The notes: generated by a model from the letters alone, not told the origin. A stretch of DNA of 63,964 nt, filler included, from Octopus bimaculoides (GCF_001194135.2; 8 parts of 6 records of this genome joined end to end with filler, not necessarily neighbours in it); one strand, 5' to 3'. Counted from the whole stretch's first letter, positions 38,980-51,660 are shown. Numbers and translations are program-made.

Positions 38980-40626
38980 TTAGATTAAAGTGGAGACCTG
39001 TAGGCTGTAGAGCAGTGATTCCCAATATAGGGCATACACCCCATCGATGGTGCCTGAGAAAATTGTGGTGAGGTCTGAGATCCCAAATTTTCTTCACAGC
39101 AAACATACTACATGGACATTTTTTTTTCCAATCACCGGTGGAAAAAAGTTTCTGGAAAGTTATTGTGGGGCTTGAGGGAAAATAGGCTGGGCAACAAGGT
39201 TTTAGAGGTTTTGTTCAATTATCTGATTTTAATTTAGCAACTAATGTTATCATGTGATGTATTAATATTTGTCTTTTAATTTTCATTTAGTTCTTTCCAT
39301 ACAAATGTTATGTATGTGTTTAGGTCTATAGAAATATTTCCATTCTTGTTGGCCAGCACCTGTAGTTTCTCAGATCTCTGAATTCCATTAAAATTTCTGA
39401 AAGTTTCCATTGAAAAAGATTATGTTGTTTATGGAATTTTATGTTCATATTAAGAAGAAATGGAAAAGCTGCTTGTATGGGGAAGATTTGCAGGTCACTA
39501 AACTGCTAAATTATCCCTCTCTCACTAATTCTGATATGTTTCCATTTTTTCTTATGGAAGTAGAAAGCCCTCCATCTCATACAACCAATAAGAGCATTAG
39601 TGATTTTGAAGCATCAACTCCAGATAAGGCCTAATGCTTGGTGTCTGCTTAATTTTCATCTGTTTCTGTTCCTTCTTTCTTTCTTCCATTTTTCCCCCAA
39701 CTGTTTTCCCTTCTTTTCCTTGTTTATCTCTATGACTGGGATTTTACTTCCTGTTTAATCATTTACATATTTACTTATATTACCTACTTCCTTCTACATC
39801 TCTGTTTTTCCATCTCTTTCTCTGTCCTATTGTTTTCTATCTTCTTTTGCCTCTTCTTTGTATTTCGGTGGGTTTTCTAAGACTATCTAGACAATTACTA
39901 TATATAGTGAATTTTAATATACCTATAAATTTGGAAATGTTGACTAATGAAGGAAGCATTACATTTTAGTGTAGTGAATAATAGTATGTACTTCTTAGCC
40001 TATTCCCAAGTAAGAAATAAGTTGACTTCACTAAATAAACCAAAGTTTATTCTATCAACCAGCATTGTTATATTTAAAAATCTACATTCAATAAATTAAT
40101 GAATCTATGTTCAATGAACATAACAGTTAGGAATCTTCTGTATATAACTTGATGGATAATGTAATCAAGATAATGAAAGGAAATTAATTACTGCGTATAA
40201 TTAATGTGTTAATGGACACTATTAATAAAGGTTAGTGCCTTTTGTCAACTTTAACCCAAACATGTAACTTAAAAGAGAAAGTGAGGTAGAGAGAGCAACA
40301 CTTGTTGACATAAGCAATGTAGTTTCCCTTCGATGGTTCATCAGTTCACGGATTAGGTTGAATTTTCTAGTCTTTTATCTGTCAAGAATCTTTGGCCAAG
40401 CTGTTTGGCGAGAAAACCTACATACTTCTTATGAAGATTGCTACCTCAAGAATAATAAGTCAACAATTGCTGACTGGTTGAATCATATTTGAGTGGGCAT
40501 TGATATCTTTTATGGTGACATTTTTATTTTTATGAAAATGTATTAGTTTGTGAGTTTAGACTGTGATTAACATTAGAGCTGAACCCCAAATAGTTTGTTG
40601 TGCATTGAGTGCAACTAATCATACCT

Positions 40627-40657
<31 letters not shown>

Positions 40658-40665
40658 GTGTGTGT

Positions 40666-40703
<38 letters not shown>

Positions 40704-40707
<4 letters not shown>

Positions 40708-41123
40708 CTGTTTGGTAAGAAGTTTGCATCCTAACCACATGGTTCTGGGTTCAGTCCCATTGCATCTTGAGCAAGTATTTTCTACAATAGCTTCAGGCCA
40801 ACCAAAGCCTTGTGAGTGGATTTGATAGACAGAAATAGAAAGAAGTTCGTCACTCACACACACAAACACAAACACACACACACAGACACACACACACAAA
40901 CACATGTCTATGTGTCTTCATGTCTTTGCTTGTGCTTGACAACAGGTATTTGATTATTTGCATTACCATAACCTAGTGGTTTGACAAAAGAGACCAATAG
41001 AATAAATATCTGTCTGAACACAAAAAAAAAAAAAGCACTGGGGTTGATTCATTCAACTAAAAACTTAATGCTCCAACATGGGTGCTGTCTAATGACTGAA
41101 ACAAGTAAGATAAAAGGTAAAAG
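40704..41123 (+). mobile_element. Composite family-A SINE, CpG-decayed
   Basis: GGCTGTTTGGTAAG...GGTTCTGGGTTCAGTCCC head, microsatellite, tail. Confidence 0.85.
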
Positions 41124-41134
41124 ATACATACATA

Positions 41135-41600
41135 TATATCATCATCATCATTTAACATCCTTTGTCCATGCTGGTATGGGTTGGACGGTTTGACTGGGCT
41201 GGCATGCTGGAAAGCTGCACGAGACTCCAGTCTTATTTGGCATGGTTTTGTATGGCTGGATGCCCTTCCTAATGCCAACCACTCCAAGAGTGTAATGGGT
41301 GCTTTTACACGCTGCTGCATGGGTGCCATTTGCATGACACTGTGGTGCATTTACATGTCACTGGCACAGGTGCCAATTTGCATGACACCAGTATCTGCCA
41401 TGACCGATTTTGCTCGGCTTGATGGGTCTTCTTCTCAAGCACGACATAATGCCAAAGGTCTTGGTTATTGCTTCCATGAGGCCCGACATTTGAAAGGAAC
41501 TCAGTCACCTTGCTTTCATGAGCCCCAAGACTCAAAAGGAACTCAGCCACTTTGCTTCTGTCAGACCCAATGCTTGAGAGGAACTCAGCCACTTCACCTC
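41135..41600 (-). mobile_element. Family-E element, older and CpG-decayed
   Basis: Same tail with TpG/CpA substitutions. Confidence 0.8.
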
Positions 41601-43089
41601 CATATATCTATTGTAGACAAAAATGAATATTACACCATATGATATGTACCAAGTATGCTTTTAATACGTACATGGATTTTCAGGATACCCAGGATGAATG
41701 AATGACTGTTTAACTCTGTATAGACTTCTGAACTGGCCAGTTGAATTACTTAATTTTTCTGAGTGACCTGTTTAGCCAAAGTGATGTTGAGGTGGTTCTT
41801 AGTTAAGAGGATGTATTCGATCCCTCTGTATTACTAAATCTATATGTGTGTGTGTGTGCATGCATTTGTGGGTGGTGGTGGTAGTGGTAGTGGTGGTGNN
41901 NNNNNNNNNNNNNNNNNNNNNNNNNNNNNNNNNNNNNNNNNNNNNNNNNNNNNNNNNNNNNNNNNNNNNNNNNNNNNNNNNNNNNNNNNNNNNNNNNNNN
42001 NNNNNNNNNNNNNGTGTGTGTGTGTGTGTGTGTGTGTGTGTGCATGTGCATACACGTGTGTGTAAGCTCTGAACTTGATGGCTGTGAAGTGAGCTTTTTT
42101 TAATCACTTACCCAACCACTCAACCATGGGCAGAAAATCAAATGAATCAATGTAATTCACCACAAAGTCAGTACACAACAACTATAGTAATAATATAGCT
42201 TGAACCTGTGACCTGGCTACTTAGAAGAGAGCCCCTTAATGCATCCCCTCCACCGTTCCTGCTTTATGAATAAATAATTATTTCACATTCATGTTCCTAT
42301 TAGATGTAACACAAGAAGGGTAATTTGGTTTGAAAAGCTGTCAACTCACAGCCAGATGATTATGAAGACAGAATAGAATCTCTGACAAACTATCTACCAT
42401 ATGCACAGAGCAATATGAATAAATGTAATTAGCACAATTATATGAATCCATAATTTAACAAAGTATCACCTGATTAGTAATTATACTTTATATCTGTCTT
42501 TCTCTTTTTCTCACTTTCTTTCCTGCCATTTACTCACCAGTATTCTTCGTAAAATTACTGTCTCAGTAAAAATATATTATGAACCTCATCACAAAATATG
42601 CCATGTTAATTGAATTAAAAAAAACAAAAAAAACAAAGTGTAGCAGGGTAGGCCACATATTTTAGTCTAGTTAAATGCATTTGTCTTTCTTAACCAATTA
42701 ATTAGTGTCTAGGTACAATTTACCATTGACACTGTCACTGAGACAGAGAGATTAGAGTAATGCATTCACAAAGAGCTAAATAATTGAGAGCATTGTAGAA
42801 ACAGGAAATGATCTCCTGCTTCTGGCCATCCTATAATTCACGAATAAAGATAATTCACTTTACTTAGAATATTCATTTGCTCATTTGTTTAACGTCTGTC
42901 TTCTATGCTGGCATTGATTGGATGAGAATTTATTCTAGACAGGATTTTACAGCTTGACACCAAACCTTATATGTTTTACAAATATGGGATTTTAAAATTA
43001 TTTTCCTGGTCTTTGAAAGTACAAAACAGTCATAATGTCAACAAGGAATGTGAACATTATATCAATGTTTTCTGTTGGCAGTGACAAAC

Positions 43090-43879
43090 AAAATTGTGAG
43101 CACTGGTACTGGTGCCATCTAAAAAGCACTGGTGATGATGCCACGTAAAAAGCACCCAGTACACTTTGTAAAGTGGTTGGCATTAGAAAAGATATCCAAC
43201 TGAGCAGATGATTAATGAAACTCTCGGAGTAGTTGGCATTAGGAAGGACATCCAGCTGTAGAAACTCTGCTAGATGAGATTGGAGCCTGGTGCAGCCATC
43301 TGATTTGTCAGTCCTCAGTCAAATCATCCAACCCATGCTAGCATGGAAAGCGGATGTTAAACGATGAACAGCTAAGTGAACTGGAGCAACATGAAGTTAA
43401 ATGTCTTGCTCAAGGACACAACTTGTTTCCAACAATTGAACTCACAACCTTACGATTGTGAACCAAATACTACAGCTGGATGCCCTTCCTAACACTAACC
43501 ACTCTGAGAGTTTTATTAATCATCTGCTCAAGTTACAGATTAATCTTGCAAGGTTTCTATATCTAGATTCCCTTCCTAATGCCAACCACTCCAAGAGTGT
43601 AGTGGGTGCTTTTTATGTGCCAGTAGCACAAGGGCCAGTCAGGCGGTACTGGCATCAACTACGTTTGAATAGTGCTTTTTACGTTCCACTGGCACAAGAG
43701 CCAGTCAAGCAGCACTGGCATCGACCACGTTCGTATGGCACAGTTTACATGCCACTGACACAGGAGCCAGTCCAGAAGGACTGGCATTGACCACACTCGA
43801 ATGGTGCTTTTTATGTGCCACCGGCACGGGTACCAGTCATGCAGTACTGGCATTGGCCAGTACTGCATGACTGGAACCC

Positions 43880-43880
<1 letters not shown>
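43090..43880. mobile_element. Two inverted family-E elements (~43090-43366 +, ~43471-43880 -), the second with four ~66-bp tandem units
   Basis: Units GTGCTTTTTATGTGCCAC.GGCAC..GAGCCAGTCA....ACTGGCAT..ACCAC..TCGAAT. Confidence 0.8.
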
Positions 43881-43906
<26 letters not shown>

Positions 43907-43913
<7 letters not shown>

Positions 43914-44206
43914 CAAATAAGAAAATGGAGAAGATATAAAAATCAACAAATATCAGCCAGTAAACATTCCATTATATCTATTTATTAAATGATAACAAAC
44001 ATGTGTTTAAGTCCACAGTCATCTGTTATTATTCATTCATCTCTGTATATACATATCTGTTTACGTATTTATTGGCTGATCTCATTCGTTTACTTGTACC
44101 ACTTAAACACATATTTGTTATCATTTAATAAATAGATATAATGGAATGTTTACTGACTGATGTTTTGTCGATTTTATATCCTCTACATTTTCTTATTTGC
44201 CTTATA
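43907..44206. mobile_element. Foldback/MITE with ~106-bp inverted arms
   Basis: Arms 43907-44012 and 44101-44206, roughly 90% identical, 88-bp spacer; left end in a TA run. Confidence 0.8.
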
Positions 44207-44831
44207 AATCCTGGGTAAATATTTAATTTAACCCCACCCTAACCTAGTATTCAATTGCAATATTACCATGCAATAGTAAGCACNNNNNNNNNNNNNNNNN
44301 NNNNNNNNNNNNNNNNNNNNNNNNNNNNNNNNNNNNNNNNNNNNNNNNNNNNNNNNNNNNNNNNNNNNNNNNNNNNNNNNNNNNNNNNNNNNNNNNNNNN
44401 NNNNNNNNNNNNNNNNNNNNNNNNNNNNNNNNNNNNNNNNNNNNNNNNNNNNNNNNNNNNNNNNNNNNNNNNNNNNNNNNNNNNNNNNNNNNNNNNNNNN
44501 NNNNNNNNNNNNNNNNNNNNNNNNNNNNNNNNNNNNNNNNNNNNNNNNNNNNNNNNNNNNNNNNNNNNNNNNNNNNNNNNNNNNNNNNNNNNNNNNNNNN
44601 NNNNNNNNNNNNNNNNNNNNNNNNNNNNNNNNNNNNNNNNNNNNNNNNNNNNNNNNNNNNNNNNNNNNNNNNNNNNNNNNNNNNNNNNNNNNNNNNNNNN
44701 NNNNNNNNNNNNNNNNNNNNNNNNNNNNNNNNNNNNNNNNNNNNNNNNNNNNNNNNNNNNNNNNNNAAATATATAAAAATAAAAAGATAAAGAGAGCAAT
44801 GGTAAGGTTGGAGAAATATTTTATGGATAGA

Positions 44832-44880
44832 GTCTTACAACTGTTTCTGGGAAGATCCAGTACTTCCCTTCATCGGAGAC
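44832..44880 (-). ncRNA. Mirror copy of the hammerhead motif on the opposite strand
   Basis: Reverse complement identical to 45321-45369 except helix III loop AGTT instead of AGCT. Confidence 0.65.
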
Positions 44881-45320
44881 AAAAAAAATAAAGGAATCGA
44901 TTATTATATCCATAGGCGGATAGTTTTAGTATGAAGTGATATAGAGTGTGATGTGCTGAAAAAGAAAGAGGGAACAGTACTTGAAGTGTAGTTTCATTCC
45001 AGTAGTAAATATCCGTGTAAAGTAATCCTTGTGGGGATAATCCGGAAATAGATGTTGAAGCAAAGGCTGAGACAGCAGAGATAGCAGAGGTAAATATATG
45101 CCATATTGCGTCCGATGGTTTTTGCTTGTCTCAGCCTTTGCTTCAACATCTATTTCCGGATTATCCACACAAGGATTACTTTACACGGATATTTACTACT
45201 GGAATGAAACTACACTTCAAGTACTGTTCCCTCTTTCTTTTTCAGCGCATCACACTCTATATCACTTCATACTAAAACTATCCGCCTATGGATATAATAA
45301 TCGATTCCTTTACTTTTTCT

Positions 45321-45369
45321 GTCTCCGATGAAGGGAAGTACTGGATCTTCCCAGAAACAGCTGTAAGAC
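45321..45369 (+). ncRNA. Minimal type I hammerhead ribozyme motif (Penelope-type)
   Basis: GTCT-CCGATGA-A-GGGAAG(tactggat)CTTCCC-A-GAAA-C(AGCT)G-TA-AGAC: stem I 4 bp, stem II 6 bp, palindromic helix III, GUA cleavage triplet. U4C core variant; activity untested. Confidence 0.7.
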
Positions 45370-46627
45370 TCTATCCATAAAATATTTCTCCAACCTTACC
45401 ATTGCTCTCTTTATCTTTTTATTTTTATATATTTACATATACACACACTAATACACGACTTATAATCCCCAATCCTGTTCATACAACGACTGGAGCAAAA
45501 CTAGTCGGTATACCTCNNNNNNNNNNNNNNNNNNNNNNNNNNNNNNNNNNNNNNNNNNNNTTAATTAATTAANNNNNNNNNNNNNNNNNNNNNNNNNNNN
45601 NNNNNNNNNNNNNNNNAAAAAAAAAAAAAAAAAACAGATCTAAAGAGTTTCCGGTCAATTACAGAAATCAGACTTTGCAAAATAATTGTTACAATGTTAT
45701 AGAAATCGGGTGGCAGGAAGTATTTGTGTTATAATCTCACTTGCGACAATGGAAATTTGAAAGCTTGCTTAAATGGTTGCAGTGCAAAATTTGGCGATCT
45801 TGTTTTCAAAAATTTAGTTTCTCTCAAGGTCAATAGAATGGTTACTCTTTTTTTGGCTGTTTTACCTTATACACTTTATCTGCCTATCTGCTTGCTACCT
45901 CGATTCTGCCTGGTTCATGACTACTTGTCTGTTTTCCATGTTTATCTATCCTCTTAATCTGTTTCTTAATCCGTCTCTCATTCTATCTTTCCCTCTAATA
46001 CTAATATGCACATCAATAATTTATCATATAACAGTATTGATTAAATATCTCCAGATTCCAAAGTGATACATGCGCATATAATATATATATATATATAAGT
46101 ACACACACCTATATACTACCTACATACTTGTACACACACATGCACACAATAAATATTTTAAATAGAAGAACTGAGCTAATGTCTAAGAGACGTCATGAAA
46201 ATAAATTGTATCTCTGTAATTACAACATAGCATTTCAACTATATATGCACATATATAGTTCATCGTTATACCAGAATTTTACCAGCTGACAAACCGGAAG
46301 AAGCGACTGAAATCTCGTAACAAGTCGCCGCCTTCCGTATCACACACGACTGGATGCGCGCGCGCACACACACTCACGCACTCACAGATACACATAAGCA
46401 AACTCGTTTTTCTAGATAAGTGGATGATTGAGTACAAAATGAAGAGGAACAACAATGAAAAAAAAGTGATTTAGATAAAAATAAAACAATTGAAATGTTT
46501 GAAAAAAACGAAATATATCAAAACCGATTTCATGATATACTAAAGAAGAAAATGAATAGAAAATATCATTCTACATGGAGTGATAGCTATGCAGAGCGAT
46601 ATTTTGGTTCCGGGTTAATTCAATGTG

Positions 46628-46694
<67 letters not shown>

Positions 46695-47444
46695 TTATCT
46701 ATCTGTCTGTCTGTCCACCCGTCCGTCCGTCTGTCTGTTTGCCTGCCTGTCTGTCTATCTGTCTGTATAGGCAAGTGAAAGTTGGACAAGTGCATTAGCA
46801 CGAAATCGAAGCGCTAGGCCTTTATGACATAACAAACACAGACACACACAAACACACACACACTCACTATTGAATTTACGAGAATAAATAATGAATGATT
46901 GCTAATAATAAACTCTCACTAATTATAAACTACAAGAAAGTCACTTCAGACATTCATATATGACCTACAATGAAAAAAAATAAATAAATAAAAAGACAAT
47001 TTGTTGACAATATATTTTTCCTCGGCATATACGAAAGAAAATCTCAAGGACATTTCACCTTTGTTCTGGGGCTTTTCAGCGGAGTGCAGCATTTCTCATA
47101 ATTTGCTGTTGTGTTAGCGAATCACTAAGTCAACTTATAGAATCTTTTATTTGTTGACGTAGAATAATAGAAATGGTAACAAAATAAATCTTCATGTGAC
47201 GTTATCGGAATGATAATACGACAGTTGTGTTGAGGCGAAATATATTTAATGAGTAAAACATTAAAACGCTAAAGTATATTCAGGCATGCGGTAAAAGAAA
47301 AATAATATTATTGGATAACTAATGTTATTTTTTCATCAGTGTGTAAGAAAGACAACTACGCACGCGTTCTGTTTCACAGTGACAGATAAAAAGTATCTCG
47401 TTCTGACCCCTCTGCTTTTATATATGAATACATACATGCATGTA

Positions 47445-47477
<33 letters not shown>

Positions 47478-47482
47478 CTGTA

Positions 47483-47526
<44 letters not shown>

Positions 47527-47791
47527 AATGCATATATATGCATATATATATATATATATATGCATGTATATATATATATATATATACATAGATATATTGC
47601 AAATATATACATATAAACAAACATAAATACATACATATTTGTATGTATATATATATGCATACACATACATACAAACATATATATATATAACTTCCGGTCA
47701 GCCATTGTTATGATCAGCCATTATTATGATTGACCGTTGACTGGACACTATTCAATTTTTTTTCTCCGTGTTTTTCTCCTTGTCTCCGTAT

Positions 47792-47828
47792 TCTTTCTGT
47801 TGAAGAGCATAGCTCGAAACGTCAAAGA
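47792..47828 (+). ncRNA. Minimal hammerhead-like motif in a Penelope-type solo terminal repeat (element ~47695-47915)
   Basis: TCTTT-CTGTTGA-A-GAGC(ata)GCTC-GAA-ACGT-C-AAAGA: 5-bp stem I, palindromic ACGT, GUC triplet; core has A6U. Confidence 0.55.
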
Positions 47829-47984
47829 CTTTCCGTATTCCCGAGCGTCATACTAATACATCCTTTTGTTATTTACACCACCTGTCCTCGTCTGTTGTTG
47901 TTTCTTCGTATATTCTCCTATATATATACACACACACACACACATATGATAATACATAATGCAGTTCACATTTTCTTCGTGTCC

Positions 47985-48140
47985 CTGCAAACTCGTTCTG
48001 TTCGTAAGAACATGACGCCTTTGGTGGTGAAGCTTCGCCAGGCAGGGCGGTCTTGCGCTTGCTTTTCCCCGGTGGCGGGGCTGAGACCGAAGCTCTTCAG
48101 TCAGGCTTTGAGTCCATCCTTGAAATGCCTTTTACTGACC
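47985..48140 (-). mobile_element. RTE/BovB-like ORF C-terminal fragment
   Basis: KRHFKDGLKA*LKSFGL...QAQDRPAWRSF; explains the local GC-rich island. Confidence 0.75.
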
Positions 48141-48209
48141 ACACGCACACACACATGCACAGGAACAAACATTGCTCAGCCACCCTGTATGTCTCTCTCT
48201 CTCTCTCTC

Positions 48210-48249
<40 letters not shown>

Positions 48250-48310
48250 TCTCTCCTCTGTTTAAATTTGTATTTGGCATACATATAAACACGCCGCACT
48301 AGACATGTAC

Positions 48311-48385
<75 letters not shown>

Positions 48386-48415
48386 CATCCATCCATCCAT
48401 CCATCNNNNNNNNNN

Positions 48416-48447
<32 letters not shown>

Positions 48448-48573
48448 CATCCATCCATCCATCCATCTATCTATCTATCTATCTATCTATCTATATATCT
48501 ATCTATCTATCTATCTATGGATAGATGACTGTCTGTCATTCACCACAAACGCACGCGCTCAATCGCACGCACG

Positions 48574-48611
<38 letters not shown>

Positions 48612-48827
48612 CAAATGCACACACACTGTGAGTAGTCTTTAACTATCCTATAACACAGAGTGTAGCTATTTCAATAGACTTCAAATGCCATCCAGACGTG
48701 AGCCTGTAATTTAGATTCTTGGGTAGTGTAATGTATATTGCTTCTCTTTCTCTCTGTCCGTCTCTCCCTGGGGAGAGGAGAAGCGAGGCAGAGTGAGGAG
48801 AGAGGAGAGAGAGAGAGAGAGAGATAG

Positions 48828-48860
<33 letters not shown>

Positions 48861-48863
48861 TAG

Positions 48864-48909
<46 letters not shown>

Positions 48910-49268
48910 NNNNNNNNNNNNNNNNNNNNNNNNNNNNNNNNNNNNNNNNNNNNNNNNNNNNNNNNNNNNNNNNNNNNNNNNNNNNNNNNNNNNNNNNNNN
49001 NNNNNNNNNNNNNNNNNNNNNNNNNNNNNNNNNNNNNNNNNNNNNNNNNNNNNNNNNNNNNNNNNNNNNNNNNNNNNNNNNNNNNNNNNNNNNNNNNNNN
49101 NNNNNNNNNNNNNNNNNNNNNNNNNNNNNNNNNNNNNNNNNNNNNNNNNNNNNNNNNNNNNNNNNNNNNNNNNNNNNNNNNNNNNNNNNNNNNNNNNNNN
49201 NNNNNNNNNNNNNNNNNNNNNNNNNNNNNNNNNNNNNNNNNNNNNNNNNNNNNNNNNNNNNNNNNNNN

Positions 49269-49311
<43 letters not shown>

Positions 49312-49352
49312 CATTTATACATATATATACATACATACATACGTATATACAT

Positions 49353-49383
<31 letters not shown>

Positions 49384-49590
49384 CATACATACATATGTGT
49401 GTGTATGTATGTGTGAGTGTGTGTGTACATCATGTGTGTGCGTATGTGCGTAAGTAAAGAGTAATGTGAGGTATCCACCCCTTTTTTACACATGGTGGTC
49501 ATATTTTATGCTGATGCATGTGTGTATGTGTGCATGCATGTGTGTGCATTTGTGTGTGTATAATTTTGTATGATTGTGCGCTTGTATACG

Positions 49591-50140
49591 CAGGGGTCAC
49601 GAAAATTTTTTCACGGCGGGCCAGATAACTGAGAGAACGACGAGCGCGGGCCGCATAAACATTTTGTTCAATACAATACAGCGAATACACAAAAAAATAA
49701 AGACAACCAACATATTAATTTACCAAAAAGTTATCAAAGAAGGCGACATTAGTAATAAGATAGTTATATCAGACCCAGTGGACACATATCTGAATCTCAT
49801 AAACTAAGCAGCAAAAATGGTTTGTGAGATTTGTGAAGCTGGGGCTTGGCTTTTAAGATATCATCAATATCTGTTTCGGAATTGCTGCATCCAACCAAGA
49901 GAATTGCTTTCAAACGTTCATCAACCAGCCTCGTTTGATGTGTTGACTTCACATATTTTATTTTTGAAAATGTTTGCTCACAGACATAAGTTATTCCAAA
50001 CATTGATGCCATCCATACCAGAGGCAAATGAACTTTTATTGCAGGTACTTACACAAAAAGGTACAGTGTATTAGCTGCGGGCCGGATGAACTAATCGCAT
50101 GGGCCGGACCCGGCCGCGATCCATAGTTTGTTGACCCATG
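49591..50140 (-). mobile_element. Internally deleted hAT (Charlie/Buster, GTF2IRD2-like) element keeping only the C-terminal dimerization domain
   Basis: Imperfect 16-bp TIRs CAGGGGTCACGAAAAT / CATGGGTCAACAAACT; ORF 49797-50027 reads MFGITYVCEQTFSKIKYVKSTHQTRLVDERL. TSD is not clean. Confidence 0.85.
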
Positions 50141-51221
50141 CTCTAGCGGATTCTCAGATGCGCGTTATTATATTAGAGATGGAAAAACTAGAAGGGCGAA
50201 GACAGAGGTGAGAGAGGAGGTCTGTGGGCCGGTGGTGGGAGTGTGTCTGCGAGTGGCTTTATATCAATCAACCAAGTAAGTTTGCTCTGGAGGTAGTCTA
50301 AGATCTCTGCATATATTGCAGTACAGTAATGTTTACTCCAAATATCATTTCAACGTTTGATTTATCTCCCGTTTTATCTTTCTGAGCTTTTGTTATTTTG
50401 TTTGATTGTTTCTTTCGTTTTCGCTTTTTTATTTTCTTTTGGAAAACGGAGACTGTATACTCTTGAAGTCCGAGATAGAGCACCTGACTTTATATATATA
50501 TATATATATATATNNNNNNNNNNNNNNNNNNNNNNNNNNNNNNNNNNNNNNNNNNNNTTAATTAATTAANNNNNNNNNNNNNNNNNNNNNNNNNNNNNNN
50601 NNNNNNNNNNNNNCATTTAACACTTTACAATGAAAATAGATCAGTACATTCTTTTGAATAATGGGAGCGTGTGAGGAAATTTTTGCAGTGAAATTTTCTT
50701 GGAAATTAATAAGAACTTCTAATTTTACACGTTTCATTAATAAGAGAACATAGTTTGAAGTTTCAAACGTAAATTGACCTTTGAATTCACAACAATCTGT
50801 CTATTTTTAGTGTCACAGATCAGCAATCCGTGGTTATTCAATCAAAAGTAATTTGCAAGTAAAAATCATGCCGGCATTATTGAACGTATTGTAGCCTCTG
50901 TTGTAACCTGTAGAATTAGTACAAACTGAATTTTTACGGCAGCCTTCAGTAAATTTTATATTTCTTGCTGTGAGCCTTAAGCGTGTCATCGTGGTTTCTT
51001 GCATCGTCAATAATCCTGATTTGGGTAGAGATTATTAGGAAACAGTGACTTTTATGCCCTTCCTAAAAACATTAACGATGTACACGAAATGAAATAGACC
51101 CAACCAGTTTGATGACAGCTTACATTGACCCAAAGCAATGACTAAATCAAATTCCACACTATAATAGGCTTCAAACATCTGGCAAACAAGTATTTCAAAG
51201 TGAACAAAGATAGTTTTCTTC

Positions 51222-51478
51222 AGGGCATGTGTGGAGAATATTTCTGTTATATGCAGCCGAAACCGGGTCTATGAAGAAATCGCTTTAAGAACGCTTTGAT
51301 GATAGGTGCATCAAGCTTCTCAGAGAGGACTCAAGATATCTCATGGCATGAGTACAACACCAAAGAGGAAGTTTACGGACACATTCCACCCACCGCTAAT
51401 ATTGTTGCTCAATGCAGGGTAGGATTTGTTAGTCATTGCTATCGTGCTGAACACCAGGCAATATCAGATCTCATATTT
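51222..51478 (+). mobile_element. Degenerate RTE-type LINE fragment
   Basis: RACVE..LLYAAET...QDISWHEYNTKEEVYG.IPP...GFVSHCYRA, with stop and frameshift. Confidence 0.7.
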
Positions 51479-51590
51479 AAGGCATCGAGCTGGCAGAATC
51501 GTTAACACGCCAAGCAAAATTCTTAATGGCATATCGTTCGTTCCTACTTTTTCAGTTCAAATTCCGTGAGGTCAACTTTGCCTTTAATCC
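51479..51590 (+). mobile_element. Family-B SINE, 5' half
   Basis: GAGCTGGCAGAATCG ... AGTTCAAATTCCG. Confidence 0.75.
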
Positions 51591-51618
51591 AGCATCCTCT
51601 CACCCTATTTCTTTGATA

Positions 51619-51660
<42 letters not shown>

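Larger units (their letters stand above)
44768..45433. repeat. 666-bp near-perfect palindrome: inverted Penelope-type pseudo-LTR pair
   Basis: Arms 44768-45074 and 45127-45433 pair with no indels and 5 mismatches; 52-nt loop; left arm runs into a gap. Confidence 0.95.

Noticed and set aside
39013-39195. hAT-like MITE starting CAGTGATTCCCAA
   Set aside because: Right TIR and TSD cannot be identified.
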